In this document: positions 19,530 through 30,310 of the stretch, piece after piece | How the letters are laid out: each line of letters opens with the position of its first letter | How positions within the stretch are numbered: the first letter of the stretch is position 1 | DNA from: a virus | Lineage: Duplodnaviria; Caudoviricetes | Strand: one strand, 5' to 3' | Virus record (IMG/VR): IMGVR_UViG_3300049004_000016 | Location: 1 to 64,000 of that record | Length of the DNA stretch: 64,000 bases | Translations under genes and position numbers: made by a program | Notes under the pieces: generated by a model | Seen by the model: only the letters and a program-made list of their open reading frames with translations | What the model was told of the DNA's origin: nothing | The model's database searches: none

Positions 19530-20548
19530 GGGGTCACGTCCTGGACAGCGTCGAGGTCCAACGCCTCGGCGGCTGGTTGCGCTGGCCGGTGCCCGGTGAT
19601 CTCATCGATCTTCACCAGGTGCCGGCCGCCCCACTCGGATTCGACGCTCACCGTCTTGGCGTTGACGCGCAACACCTTGCGCCACCCAGCCCAAGACCCG
19701 ATCTCGTCGCCCTTCTTGATGGTGCTGACGTCCAGGGGGTTGTACCGGCCCGCTGCGATCTCCTCATCGAGGAACGCTTTCCAGTAACGGATCTTCTCGT
19801 CCAGATCCGCTGCCAAGACCAGTTGCTGTTCACGCCACCGGCCCTCAGCGGGCTTGTGCTCCTCGACGTAGTACAGCTCCCCGCGACCGTTCCTGAAATT
19901 GCGCACGTAGCCGTCGAGGTTGCGCTGCACACCCCGTCGCTCCGCCTCCAAGGTCTCCACCCGGCGCGCTACCCGGCGCGGGTTCTCCCGGCGCTGCATG
20001 TGCTTCTCAGCGCTGGCCGCGCGGTCGGCTGCGTTGGCGGCTTCCTCCTCCAGTGCGATCGCGGCGCGCATCCCGGTGTCGATCCGGCGCATGTCCGCGC
20101 GGTGACGCTTCTCGGAGTGGTGGCCCACCAGGATCGGCTGACCCATGGGGATGCCGTCAGCGATGCGCTTGGCTCCCTCGTGGCGCGCGTCGGCCGCTGC
20201 GGTCTTCCGGTGTGCCTTGTCGTGGAGCGCTTCGGCGCGGTCGTCCATGCGTTCCGCGCGGTCGGCTTCGGCTTCCTCCATCGCCCTGGGTGTGGCATCG
20301 ACGGCCACCTCCACCTCGAACCCGGCGTCGCGGAGGACGCCAGCGGTGACGTCGATCAAACCGAGTTGCGGTGCGCGGTCCCTGGAGTGCGACACCCCGA
20401 TCATTCCGATCGAGGGGAAGTACTTCCACCCCCGGATGCGGTACGTCTTCTGGGCTGCCTTGATCGCGTCCCACGCCCCGTCGCCCTTGCTGCTGCCCTC
20501 CAGCAGCGTCCCGTCCACAGCGGTATGGGTGATCCGTAGCGCGCTCAT
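19526..20548 (-). CDS. DUF3560 family protein
   Basis: IPMGQPILVGHHSEKRHR signature; C-terminal V.RVNAKTVSV. Confidence 0.88.
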   Translation of the reverse strand: MSALRITHTAVDGTLLEGSSKGDGAWDAIKAAQKTYRIRGWKYFPSIGMIGVSHSRDRAPQLGLIDVTAGVLRDAGFEVEVAVDATPRAMEEAEADRAERMDDRAEALHDKAHRKTAAADARHEGAKRIADGIPMGQPILVGHHSEKRHRADMRRIDTGMRAAIALEEEAANAADRAASAEKHMQRRENPRRVARRVETLEAERRGVQRNLDGYVRNFRNGRGELYYVEEHKPAEGRWREQQLVLAADLDEKIRYWKAFLDEEIAAGRYNPLDVSTIKKGDEIGSWAGWRKVLRVNAKTVSVESEWGGRHLVKIDEITGHRPAQPAAEALDLDAVQDVTP

Positions 20549-20854
20549 CGGGTCACGTCCACGCTGATGTAGGAACCGGCCACCAAGGTCTGGGTCAGGT
20601 ACTGGATCGCGCAATCCGGGCACAACCCGTCCACGTCAGGAACCATGTAGCAGGTCCCCCGGCCGTGGGCGGTGTCGTTGGCGCAGCCCTCGTGCTCCTC
20701 GACGTCCAGGCCGTCCGCGTCAACGGTCCAGTCCAGGCTGGTCAGTGCGTTGAGGCGCTTGACCGTCTCGGCCTGCTCATCCGCCATGCCGTCGTGGCTC
20801 ATTGCTCTGTCCTCCGTGTCTCGTTGGCCGGTACGTCACCAGCCTTACAACCTG

Positions 20855-20883
20855 TATATCGGTGACCCCCGACAGTTCGTTAC
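20855..20883 (-). promoter_or_regulatory. class II SigD-like promoter
   Basis: GTAAC-N17-CGATATA. Confidence 0.7.
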
Positions 20884-21671
20884 ACCCCAGTTCCACACCC
20901 TCCGTGAGCTGCGTCCTCAGCGTCGCCCAGCGAATCGATCACAGCGCCGAGGCGTTCCCGTGACAAGGAACCAGGCTTGGTGTTGTGGTGGTCCTCAACG
21001 GCCTGGACCAGCAGGTCGTGGATCTTCGTGCACAGCTCGGTGTGCTCGATGTCTTCGCTGGCCATCACGCGCTGCCGAAGCGGAACGAGGAGAACGTGCC
21101 GTCATCCGGCCCGGCATCGAAACCCAACTCGGCGAGCCGCGACAGCTCCTCCTCCGTGAACTCATCAGGGTCGGACATCACCGTCAGCACATCGTGCTCG
21201 CAGTGGAACGGTGAGCTGTCGTTGCACTGGCCCCGCGCCAGCAACGTCAGGGCCTCGATCAGGTCGGTCCATTCTTTCTGTGTCCCCGCCATGCTTATGC
21301 TCCGTTCGGTGTGATGGTGATCAACGGCAAACCGTGCTCGCACCCGATGTCACGGGCGTCCCACTCCATGCCGGCGTCCTCGTAGTCCTGGCGGCTGTAG
21401 CCGTCTGCCTCGACAGCGTCGGTCACGATCTGCTCGTACTCCTCCTCAGTGACCACCGTGATCAGCTTGCCGTCATCGCGGAGTGCCGCGACCTCGAACT
21501 CTGCTGGCACGTCGAACACCATCCCGTGGCAGCGACCCACCTGGCGGCCCGGCAGTGGCCTCGGTGCCACGAACAACCGACCGGTGTGTGCCGGCGCGCT
21601 GGTGGTGTAAAGCGTGATCTCCATGGCTGCCTCCGTGTCTCGGTGCGGTTCCGTCAACCGCCTACACCCGG

Positions 21672-21700
21672 TGTATCGCTGCCCCGGCGTCTGGCGTTAC
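21672..21700 (-). promoter_or_regulatory. class II SigD-like promoter
   Basis: GTAAC-N17-CGATACA. Confidence 0.7.
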
Positions 21701-21712
21701 TCCCGTCGTCGC

Positions 21713-22186
21713 CTACTTCTGATACACCTGACCGATGATCACGATCGCGTCCAGAGCTTCGGCAACCGTGTCGTAAACCCTCAAATGAGGGCGACGCACG
21801 CTGACCCTGCTGCGCAGATAGGCACGGGGCCGGTTCAGGTCCTCCAGCTCCGCGCCGGTGACACGCTGCCCACGGATGATCTGACCGTCCGGGATGTCAT
21901 CGATCACCAGGTGGATGAAGCTGCCATAACAGACGTACTCCATGGCCTCCAGCAGCGACGCACCGCCACGGGTCGTGCCGTCGATGACGATGAGTAGCTG
22001 TGGGGCGTTCTCCTTCGCCATGGCCTCCAGCGGGATCAGCCCTGGGTGCCACTGCCCCTCCTCCACCTGGGGGTTGTAGTAGGTGAGCCCGGCAGCTTCC
22101 AGCCGGGGAATGGCCTCATCCCGGCGCCAGGTGCTGGCACCGCAGGTGCCGCCGAGGAACACGTGCGGCATGGCGAACCCGTTCAT
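21713..22186 (-). CDS. nucleoside 2-deoxyribosyltransferase-like (NDT/TIR-like) protein
   Basis: VFLGGTC..STWR...L...G.TYYNPQV..W...E..AKE...S..E. Confidence 0.75.
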   Translation of the reverse strand: MNGFAMPHVFLGGTCGASTWRRDEAIPRLEAAGLTYYNPQVEEGQWHPGLIPLEAMAKENAPQLLIVIDGTTRGGASLLEAMEYVCYGSFIHLVIDDIPDGQIIRGQRVTGAELEDLNRPRAYLRSRVSVRRPHLRVYDTVAEALDAIVIIGQVYQK

Positions 22187-22724
22187 GATGTCCCCTCTCC
22201 AGGGATCAGTTCGGCCAGACGTGACGCCATGGCCTCTTCGGTCTTGCAGGTGGGGTCAGCGAACGTCGGTGTCCACTCCACACGGGTGACGTCACCCCAG
22301 TGGGCTCCGCAAACCAGAAGATTCCGGCCCTGGTTGTTCCAGTGGTTCCACGCGGTCCCGTACGCGGCGACCGGCCCGTACGCGGCCCACACATCGGAGT
22401 AGCACTGCCCGTTGTCATCGAAGATGCCGCACACCGTCCAGGTGCCCAGCTCCCACCGTTGGTCCTGACCGTCAGGGACTTCCATGTCGGCGTGGGTGAT
22501 CAACCGGCTGTAGTCGATGTGCCCGGCGTGGATGGTGCCGACCAGCAGGTCCGTGTCGGTCTCCCCGATGGCCAGCCCTTCGATGTCGATTTCGCGTTCG
22601 ATGAGTTCGGCGGCGACCATGGCGTCAGGTTCGGCGACCTCGATCTGTGAGAACCGGGTCGGCCACGCGGAGCGTTCCAGGCGTGGGCAGGCGAGCAGAC
22701 CGCACACGCTGATCGGGATGGCCA

Positions 22725-23510
22725 TCAGTGGTGCCCGCTGCTATGGCTGGTGCTGCTGTGGCTGGTGCTGGGTTTGCTGGGAGTGACCGGCCTGGGTGCG
22801 GCTGGTTTGGTGTAGCTACTGCCGGGACTGGTGTTGGTGCTGGGTTTGGTTGGTTTCGCCGGTGCCGCTGGGGTGTTCCCTGTCCGTGCGCTGCCCGCCG
22901 GACCGGACACCGGCACGTTGGACGACTTGAAAGCCTGCTTAGGCACGGTCTTGCCGTTGTACTTCTTGCCGGCGGCAGAGTGGTAACCGCTGGTCTTGGG
23001 GTCAGCGGCGGCTTTCTTCTCATCGGCCGCGTACGTCTTGTTTACGTTGACGATGGTGGTGTTGTAGGTACGCGCATCAACGCGGGTGATCGGCTGGTGA
23101 CCCCACCCGTACCCGGAGTAGCCGGGGTGACGGTTCCACGCCGGTCCGATGTACATGGGGTAGTAGTTGGGTCCGTAGTAAAAATCGGAGTGGCCCATGG
23201 CGGTGCCCCACAGGGCTCCCATGAGGAACCAGTCAGCATCAGACATGCCGGGATCGCGCACGGGTCGGCTCTGGGGGATGGGCTCGTTGCACGCGGGATA
23301 GCCGGACCCGTCAGCTTCACCGGGCTGGTTCATCCACGGGGTGCACAGTTCCCCGCTAGCGGTGCGGATGGGGTCGGGTCGGATGGTGGACTCATCGGCT
23401 GCGGTGTTCACGGCGTTGTCGCTGCCGCACGCGGCGAGTGCCGGGGCAGCGAACGCGAAAACCATCAGGGCCAGCAGTAAGGCCCGTAACCATCTGGGGA
23501 TCTTGTGCAT
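22725..23510 (-). CDS. lipoprotein with low-complexity Pro/Ser/Thr tail
   Basis: LAAC lipobox; ACACGGAGG RBS 23519-23527. Confidence 0.65.
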   Translation of the reverse strand: MHKIPRWLRALLLALMVFAFAAPALAACGSDNAVNTAADESTIRPDPIRTASGELCTPWMNQPGEADGSGYPACNEPIPQSRPVRDPGMSDADWFLMGALWGTAMGHSDFYYGPNYYPMYIGPAWNRHPGYSGYGWGHQPITRVDARTYNTTIVNVNKTYAADEKKAAADPKTSGYHSAAGKKYNGKTVPKQAFKSSNVPVSGPAGSARTGNTPAAPAKPTKPSTNTSPGSSYTKPAAPRPVTPSKPSTSHSSTSHSSGHH

Positions 23511-23534
23511 GGTTCCTTCCTCCGTGTGTCGGTG

Positions 23535-23984
23535 TTACGCAGTCTCTGCGGTCTCCTCGTATGACAGCCTGCACCGCGACAACGCCGGGTCGCGCGGGTT
23601 AAGGCCGTTGGCTACGGCCATGGTCACGTACCCGGCGTGCAGGTCGTGGCCACCATCGGTGACCTGGGACATGTCGATCGCACCCGACATCAGCTTCAAC
23701 CGGACGGCCATGTTGTGCTCGGCGCCGCGTAGCAGGAACCCCGCGCACGTCACAGGGTTCTCGGTGCCGGACTCGTGGCACCCGAACGCACGCCCGGACA
23801 TGTCGGCAGCGGTGTCAGCGGAGTGGGCGAACGCGCCAGCGGGGAAGTCCCCGGAGTTGTCGACCCTCCACGGGCACCCACCGCACGGTTGGCGCCGGTA
23901 CTGGCCGCTGCCACCGGACAGGCTGACGACCTGGCTGGTGTGGTCCACGGGGTGCACAGCGGTGACCTCAGCTGGTTCCCTCAT
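23535..23984 (-). CDS. DUF6283-like protein
   Basis: PCGGCPWR...FGCHES...CAGFL...HNMAVR. Confidence 0.75.
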   Translation of the reverse strand: MREPAEVTAVHPVDHTSQVVSLSGGSGQYRRQPCGGCPWRVDNSGDFPAGAFAHSADTAADMSGRAFGCHESGTENPVTCAGFLLRGAEHNMAVRLKLMSGAIDMSQVTDGGHDLHAGYVTMAVANGLNPRDPALSRCRLSYEETAETA

Positions 23985-24245
23985 CACGATCCCCGGTGTC
24001 AGATCGAGTCGGACAGGCTCTGGAGGCACGCCGGGCACGCCATGATGAGCTGCCCAGGGTTGTTGTGGACGTCCGACTCGTAGGGATCTTCGACCAGTTC
24101 CACGCCGGTGTTGGTGCACACCGAGTGGCCCAGTTCGCAGTCACCCGAGACGATCTCGCCGTCGATTACTTCCTCGACTGGCACCAGTTCGTTCATGTCA
24201 ACCTCCGCCGTGTCTGGTCGGTCCCCGTCAGAACCAACACCACCG

Positions 24246-24274
24246 AACCTACCCCCCGGTTGGGTCGGTGTCAA
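24246..24274 (-). promoter_or_regulatory. class I SigA-like promoter
   Basis: TTGACA-ccGACC...GGGG-TAGGTT, 17-nt spacer. Confidence 0.75.
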
Positions 24275-24280
24275 CGAAAT

Positions 24281-24321
24281 GGGCCCGGCTGGTGTGGTTG
24301 GAACTCCCACCAGCCGGGCCC
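24281..24321 (-). terminator. intrinsic terminator
   Basis: 14-bp stem GGGCCCGGCTGGTG / CACCAGCCGGGCCC followed by ATTTCGTT on minus strand. Confidence 0.7.
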
Positions 24322-24336
24322 GGCCCGCTGCGTCCG

Positions 24337-25131
24337 TCAGGCGTCGATCAACGCGGGCTGGTCCTTCTTCGCCCGCTTCGGCAACTTCGGCTGAAACACC
24401 GGAACCTGCGGAGTCACATGCTCATCGGTCTCAGTGTTCAACGGCCACGGCGCCATCGTCATCCGGTACTGCGACCCGATCGTCACCACCACCGACCGCG
24501 CCTGATGACTGCGGTACACGATCGGTTCCATCGCCCGACGCTTGGAGATCGCACCGACCACTCCCAGATCATCACCACGGACCCCGGTGCCGTAACTCGG
24601 TGGGATCACGATCTGATCCTTACCGACCACCTCAAAATTGGGGTCCGGTGCCAGCGCCCACTCCAGGTTCCGGGGGAAGTCGTCCACCACTTCCTCGCCC
24701 AACACCTGCAAGGACAACTCGAAGCCGCCCTCCACGACCTCCTCATCCTCCGACACCGTCAGCGTGTTCCCGGTCAGCTCCAACTGTGTGCGGTGGGTGA
24801 CGGTTTTCTTGTCAACCAGCTTCATCAGCGAAGTGAAAACCTGGGAGATCGACTTGGCATCAGTCGAGGACACCAACACCGGCCGGTGCAACTGGCCGTT
24901 GCACGGCGCGTGGCCCTGCCCGATCATCCTGCCCGTGGTCGACGTCACGACCAGGACCTCCGACTCCATCAGCTCCTCACCGCCATCACCGTCATCCACT
25001 GCTGCGATGGCGTTGTCGGTGTGGAGCAACACCGCGTTGAGATGCGGAAACAACGGGTCCTTGTGCGCTGTCTTGACCAGGTCCGTCATCAACCCCACCA
25101 GGTGCCTGGTGTCAATCGCTATCGTGCTCAT
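24337..25131 (-). CDS. hypothetical protein, possible sliding-clamp (beta subunit)-like fold
   Basis: TAHKDPLFPHLNAVLL...LVVTSTTGRMIG resembles beta-clamp domain II; located in replication region. Confidence 0.45.
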   Translation of the reverse strand: MSTIAIDTRHLVGLMTDLVKTAHKDPLFPHLNAVLLHTDNAIAAVDDGDGGEELMESEVLVVTSTTGRMIGQGHAPCNGQLHRPVLVSSTDAKSISQVFTSLMKLVDKKTVTHRTQLELTGNTLTVSEDEEVVEGGFELSLQVLGEEVVDDFPRNLEWALAPDPNFEVVGKDQIVIPPSYGTGVRGDDLGVVGAISKRRAMEPIVYRSHQARSVVVTIGSQYRMTMAPWPLNTETDEHVTPQVPVFQPKLPKRAKKDQPALIDA

Positions 25132-25134
25132 CGG

Positions 25135-25608
25135 TCATACCTCCGTGTCGTTTACTGCTGCGAACAAAACGTTGTGCCGGCCAGCGACCGTGCCATCTGG
25201 TAGCCATATGGCGTGCCCGGCCAGCTCAAGCCACGCCACCTGATCGGAGTCCAGCCACTCCCGGCGGATCTTCAACAGCCCCGCTGTTTTGCGGTCATGG
25301 CACGCCTTGGCGAACGGGCCACACAGCGGCAATCCGTTCTCGAGAACGGATGGCCCGCCCTGCCCCCGGCCGATCATGTGGTCCATCTGGACGTTCATCG
25401 TGGTTCCACAGGACCTGCACCGCTCACCCCTGGCCTCTAAACAATCGTTACGCCACTGGGTGTCGTTACGCCGGTTCCGGTGGCTACCCAAATGCCGGGG
25501 TGGTCGCCCGTTGCGCGCGGCGTTCTCGTTCGCCAGATCCTCGGACACCTGCTCCAGCGGCCGACGCCGCATCGGCTTCTTGCGCACCAGCGGTGCCCCG
25601 CGCTTCAC
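25135..25608 (-). CDS. HNH endonuclease
   Basis: CRSCG...DHMIGRGQGG...NGLPLC...CHDRKT. Confidence 0.85.
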   Translation of the reverse strand: MKRGAPLVRKKPMRRRPLEQVSEDLANENAARNGRPPRHLGSHRNRRNDTQWRNDCLEARGERCRSCGTTMNVQMDHMIGRGQGGPSVLENGLPLCGPFAKACHDRKTAGLLKIRREWLDSDQVAWLELAGHAIWLPDGTVAGRHNVLFAAVNDTEV

Positions 25609-26099
25609 CCCGCACCCCTGACGTAGGTGTCGAACTGCTGGTCTTCCCTGGAGCACCAGCCGTCGAAGTCACCCTGTGGACTGGACTGGGCGTCCTGGAT
25701 GGCATCGAGGTCCACCGGCGCCACCGTCTCCGGTTTGGTCTCCTTCCGCTTACCCATGGTCGACCACCAGCGGGTCAGGGTCCCGAACGTTGATCTTCAC
25801 TGTGCGCCGGTCGCTGCCGACTTCCCATTTCCTCAACACGATCACCCCTCGCTTCCACACGAAAAACACCCACGCCGGGCGCTTATCCACCGTCCTCATC
25901 ACCGCGAACCGAGACAGCGCACGCGGGTCCAGCGGCACCGCCCCGATGTCCAACCGGCCCAGCAGCCATACCACCGGCAGCAGCGGCAGCGCGGCAGCCG
26001 CACACAGCACGATGTGCAGCGACGTCCACACCTCGTTGTCGCGGAGCGCCGCGATCACCACCAGCGGTATCCACACGGCCAGCAACCACCACCACGCGA

Positions 26100-27407
26100 T
26101 CATTTCGCCCCCTTCTTGACCTTCGTTTTCTTGACCTTCTGACCGGCCTTGACCGTGGACACGCACCCCTGCACCTGCAACGCCAAATCCGGTGGCAGGC
26201 CCTGAGCTGCCTTCTCCACCGACGTCTTCGACGCGCTCACCGCCACCTGGAAAGCAGCCTGATAGCCGGGTAGCAGCAGGTCCACCAGGCTGATCACATC
26301 AGCGACGGTCTTGGTGCCGATGTCCGACGTCCAGTCCTGGTCACCGACCCTCAACGTCCCCACCTGGTGGGTTTCGGCTTCCAGCGCGGCCTGGTGGTCT
26401 TTGACCCGGACGGCCAGCAGCTTGAGGACCAACGCTGACTCGGTGTACCGGTCGCCCAACTGCTCGGGGGTCGCCGCTTGCAGCCGTGCCAGCACCGTCG
26501 CTCCCTCACCCGGCAGCGCCTGCCACGCCGGGCACTGGGCGCGCACCGGGCACCACGTGCACCCGTCGTTCAATATCGGGCGCGGCTGGGTGTCCCGCAG
26601 CATCGTGCGAACCATCGCAGCCGCCCACGCCTCCCACAGGTCCAACTCCGCAGCGGTGTACTCGATCGCCACATCGCCGTACCGCAGCAAATCGAGGTGG
26701 GCGATGATCCGGTCCGGTGCCTGCCCGTGCTGGGTGATCCACCATTTCCTGACCAGCCACGCGTACCCCATCAACTGGACGTCGCCGCGCAAACTCTCTT
26801 TCGACACCGGCCGCGCCGCGCTCTTGTAGTCGATGACCCGCAGGACACCGGGGTCCTCTGTGTCCACTGACAGGTTGTCGATGATGCCCCGGAAATCCAC
26901 CGGCCCGTAGATGGCATCGACGTACAGCTCAGCGGTGATGTCCAGCTCCACCGCCAGCGTCGCGTACCTGGTTAGCGGCCCGCCACGCTCCAGGTAACCG
27001 GTCAGGATGCGTTCCGCGTCGCCGTAGTCCAAGACACCCAACGTCGGGGGCCACACCGCACCCAGGGCCTCCTCCGGTCCGCACGCGTGCTCCTCCATCC
27101 AATGCAAGGCCCGGTGCAGCAGCGTGCCCATCTCCGCTGGTCGCCCCGGTAGCTCCGGTACCTGCCCGTGCCCGTAGGTCAACGCGTACGCCCGTGGGCA
27201 ACCTCGCACGATCTCCGTGGCGTCCTCCGCGCCGGAGGCGAGGTCCACGGCCCCGTACCTGCGGAGCTGGGAGATCGACACCTGGGGGTGCCCGGCCGCG
27301 TTCCGGGGCACGATCAGTGTGGGCGGTGCAGGGTCGTGGTAGCCACGAGAGTGGCGCGGCAGCACGCACGGCCCACTTGGTGTCTCGGCACCGCATATCT
27401 GGGTCAT
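26100..27407 (-). CDS. PD-(D/E)XK Cas4/RecB-like exonuclease (RecE-type)
   Basis: GTLLHRAL, GIID, IDYKS, QLMGYA, CTWCPVRAQC. Confidence 0.88.
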   Translation of the reverse strand: MTQICGAETPSGPCVLPRHSRGYHDPAPPTLIVPRNAAGHPQVSISQLRRYGAVDLASGAEDATEIVRGCPRAYALTYGHGQVPELPGRPAEMGTLLHRALHWMEEHACGPEEALGAVWPPTLGVLDYGDAERILTGYLERGGPLTRYATLAVELDITAELYVDAIYGPVDFRGIIDNLSVDTEDPGVLRVIDYKSAARPVSKESLRGDVQLMGYAWLVRKWWITQHGQAPDRIIAHLDLLRYGDVAIEYTAAELDLWEAWAAAMVRTMLRDTQPRPILNDGCTWCPVRAQCPAWQALPGEGATVLARLQAATPEQLGDRYTESALVLKLLAVRVKDHQAALEAETHQVGTLRVGDQDWTSDIGTKTVADVISLVDLLLPGYQAAFQVAVSASKTSVEKAAQGLPPDLALQVQGCVSTVKAGQKVKKTKVKKGAK

Positions 27408-27654
27408 CAGTTCCCCTCAGCGCAGCACTCGGCGAGCCAGCCCTTTATGTTGTCCTTACGGATCGGGGTATCGGTGGCGAACCACTCACCGCACCGCGCG
27501 CACACCCCTGGGTACGTCGCCTCGAACCATTCCCTTCGCCTCAGCAGCTCAGCGCGGCGCGCCTTGACCTCCGCCAGTTGTTTGGCCTCCGCTGCCTTCC
27601 CTCACGACGCCACCGGCAGCCAACAGCACTCACATCGCTTCACGCGGATGGTCA

Positions 27655-28392
27655 TCACGCACCGGCCACGGCCCGCGCGCGCATAGGCCACGCCCGACCA
27701 ATCTTGATGCCCGCGATGTCCTCCGCCGACGCGTTCCGGTCCTTGCGCTTCTCCCGACGTAGGTACTGCTCGAACTCCTCCGCCCACTCCTGGTGCCACT
27801 CCACCTGCGACCGGTACATCTCCCCGATCGACAGCCGGTGCAGCGCCCGGTACTTCGCGACGATCGCGCGCATCACCCCAACAGCGGCCAACGCATCCGA
27901 CGCCGAAGCGTGGGCCTTACCTGGGTCGATCCGGTAGTGCTTGCACATGGCCTCCAGGTTGTGGCCACCCTTGCGGTACTTGTCGAACTTGCGGTCACAC
28001 ACGATGGGGTCCAGCACACCACCGGAGAACGTCACCGGCCGGTTGTGGTGGCGCATCAACTCCGCGCTGAGCAGGCTCAAGTCATACGGGGCGTTCGCCA
28101 CGACCAGCGGAGTGTTCCTGTCCCACCGCCGGTCCAACGCCTCCTCGATCTCAGCGACCACCTGCCCTGCCGGCAACCCATCGCGTTGGGCCTCCTCGGT
28201 GGACACCCCATGGACGCCTTCGGCTTCCAGCGGGATCGGCACACCAGGGTCAGCCAGCCACTCCCCAGCCCACGCGACCGAGCCGTCCGGCTCCACCAGC
28301 AGCAGCGACGCCGTCACGATCCGGTCAGTGTCGGTGTCGACGCCGGTTGTTTCGGTGTCCAGTGACAGCCACGCGCTATCGATCCAGTTCAA
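27655..28392 (-). CDS. DnaQ-like (Pol III epsilon) DEDDh exonuclease
   Basis: LDTETTG, HGVS, NAPYDL, AHASASDA; TTG start after ACACGGAGG. Confidence 0.88.
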   Translation of the reverse strand: MNWIDSAWLSLDTETTGVDTDTDRIVTASLLLVEPDGSVAWAGEWLADPGVPIPLEAEGVHGVSTEEAQRDGLPAGQVVAEIEEALDRRWDRNTPLVVANAPYDLSLLSAELMRHHNRPVTFSGGVLDPIVCDRKFDKYRKGGHNLEAMCKHYRIDPGKAHASASDALAAVGVMRAIVAKYRALHRLSIGEMYRSQVEWHQEWAEEFEQYLRREKRKDRNASAEDIAGIKIGRAWPMRARAVAGA

Positions 28393-28415
28393 CGTTCGTC
28401 CTCCGTGTCTTTGGG

Positions 28416-28757
28416 TTAGAACCCGTCCCCGTACGGGGTACGGATCAGACTGACCACCAGCGCCCGAACCTTGGTCTTGCGTTCCTTCTTGCCATCCGGG
28501 GTGGTGATCTCCTGCTGCGTCAACTGCCCCCGCACGTGCACAGCGGTTCCCTTGATCCACTGGAACATGCTCTCGGCTACGTCTTCCCACGCGATGCACG
28601 AGATGAAGACCTGCTCCATGACGTCGCACCCGGCCGCGCGGTCCCACCGGACGCCCTTGATTGCCACGGTGAACGGCGCCAACACCGCCCCACCGTGGGT
28701 TTTCTCCAGCTCGATGTCCTTGACCAGCGTCCCGGCGATCTCCACGGTGTTGATCAC
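28416..28757 (-). CDS. ssb: single-stranded DNA-binding protein
   Basis: NTVEIAGTLVKDIEL...FISCIAW...KGTAVHVRGQL OB-fold pattern. Confidence 0.88.
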   Translation of the reverse strand: MINTVEIAGTLVKDIELEKTHGGAVLAPFTVAIKGVRWDRAAGCDVMEQVFISCIAWEDVAESMFQWIKGTAVHVRGQLTQQEITTPDGKKERKTKVRALVVSLIRTPYGDGF

Positions 28758-29057
28758 GGCCCGCCTCCCCCCGGTGGTGGCGCTCCACTCCGTGCTGATC
28801 TACCCTGTCGAACGAGTGGCCGGTATGGACCAGCCCAGCGCAGCGCAAGCCGCGCGCCTCGACGGGGGTCAAAGACTCGGGCATATCGGCGCTTAGGGTC
28901 ACCAGCGGTACGGCAGTGGGCGGTCGGACCCCCAGTGGTTTGGCTGCTTCTCTTTCCGTGTCGGAGGCTGTGCCGCTGGTGAACCGCAATCCTCAGTCGA
29001 TCAAGTACGCTGGTGGAACCCGCCAGCTTCACCTCCGTGTGCTGGCGGGGCCCAACA

Positions 29058-29480
29058 TCACCCACAGCGCGCCGCCATCGCCAACGCAGCGATCAGTAGG
29101 CACCCGTGGTGCAAAGCCTGATCAGCCTGGTACATCCCGAAGATCGGTGAGCGCATCTCCGCGAACCCCGGCGACCTGGTGGCGCGTAGCACTTTGCGCA
29201 CCGGCCAGCGGCGGTCAATGAACGCGTGCGTACCGGCGGAGAGCACAGTCCCTGCCGCTACCGCCCACGGGTTGGGTCGCAGTCCCGTCAGCGCCAGCAC
29301 AGCCCCCACAGCTACAGCCTGGGTCGCTTGGTAGCCCACGATGTGACCGGCCATCGCCCGCCAGTCGTGGGCCTTGCTTATGGCCTGGTGGTCGGACTGG
29401 ACCACGTGGTCCCCGACGTTGTGCGCTGCCCACATGGTGGGGAGCAGCACGGCCAACTTCAACGGATCAACCATCATCAC
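29058..29480 (-). CDS. DUF3307 family membrane protein
   Basis: HNVGDHVVQS, H, HAFIDRRW, DQALH. Confidence 0.8.
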   Translation of the reverse strand: MMMVDPLKLAVLLPTMWAAHNVGDHVVQSDHQAISKAHDWRAMAGHIVGYQATQAVAVGAVLALTGLRPNPWAVAAGTVLSAGTHAFIDRRWPVRKVLRATRSPGFAEMRSPIFGMYQADQALHHGCLLIAALAMAARCG

Positions 29481-30310
29481 ACCACCTGTCCAGCGGAACG
29501 CAGGTCCCGCAACGCCTTGGTCATCACGTTCAACAACAGCAGCAACTGAGCGTCCTTGAGCTTCGTCAAGTCGATCTCCTCAACCGCCCCGTCCTCGTTC
29601 TGGGACTTGATCACGTTCACGCCCAGCTTGTCCTGGCAGTACTTGACCAACTTGTCCGCAGCCACGTACTCCGACTCGCCACGGAGCTGCCGGACCTGCT
29701 CTGACACCGTCAACACGTTGGCCAGCAACGTCTCCCGGCTTGGCTGGTCAGCTTCGCGTTGCGCCGCGCTACCGCTGACGCTGCGACCGCGCTGCGGTGC
29801 CTCACTGTCGGGGTCCGGGTGGAGGTCCTTCGTCGGCAGCATCAGCACCTGAATCAACGCGATCCGCAAGGCCACGCTCATCGCCTTCGCGGTGCCCTTG
29901 TCACTGGAGTCCATCGACTCCCCCGGCACCACAGCCTCCAGACAGTCACCGCGTGGCCCGTAGAACGCGAACACCACCTGGACAGTGACTTCCCGCTGGG
30001 GGTTGCCCTTGACCGTCATCACGTCGCGGTACGTCGCCGTCCGCACCCGTGGGATCGTCAGGATGCCCAGCGTCTTAAACACCGGGTTGGCGGCGTTGAC
30101 CACGTCATCGATGCCACGGAAGTTGTACTTCTGCTGATCATTGCGTTGGGTCTTGCCGACCGGCTTGACCTTCTGCATCGCCTTGATCAGCAACTCGATC
30201 ACGGTGGGCCCGTCAGTCCCGGCCGGTGGTGGTGTGTAGGTGAGCTGCACTTCCTCCTGGGGTGGTGCGGTGCCGTTGGTGGCTGCTGTGTCGGTGACAG
30301 CGGTAGTCAC
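29477..30310 (-). CDS. erf: ERF-family single-strand annealing recombinase
   Basis: KYNFRGIDDV, GESMDSSDKGTAKAMSVA.R.AL. Confidence 0.88.
   Translation of the reverse strand: MTTAVTDTAATNGTAPPQEEVQLTYTPPPAGTDGPTVIELLIKAMQKVKPVGKTQRNDQQKYNFRGIDDVVNAANPVFKTLGILTIPRVRTATYRDVMTVKGNPQREVTVQVVFAFYGPRGDCLEAVVPGESMDSSDKGTAKAMSVALRIALIQVLMLPTKDLHPDPDSEAPQRGRSVSGSAAQREADQPSRETLLANVLTVSEQVRQLRGESEYVAADKLVKYCQDKLGVNVIKSQNEDGAVEEIDLTKLKDAQLLLLLNVMTKALRDLRSAGQVV

Noticed and set aside
27655-28989. 444-aa ORF as a single protein
   Set aside because: The N-terminal half overlaps ssb in another frame; the real start is the TTG at 28392 after ACACGGAGG
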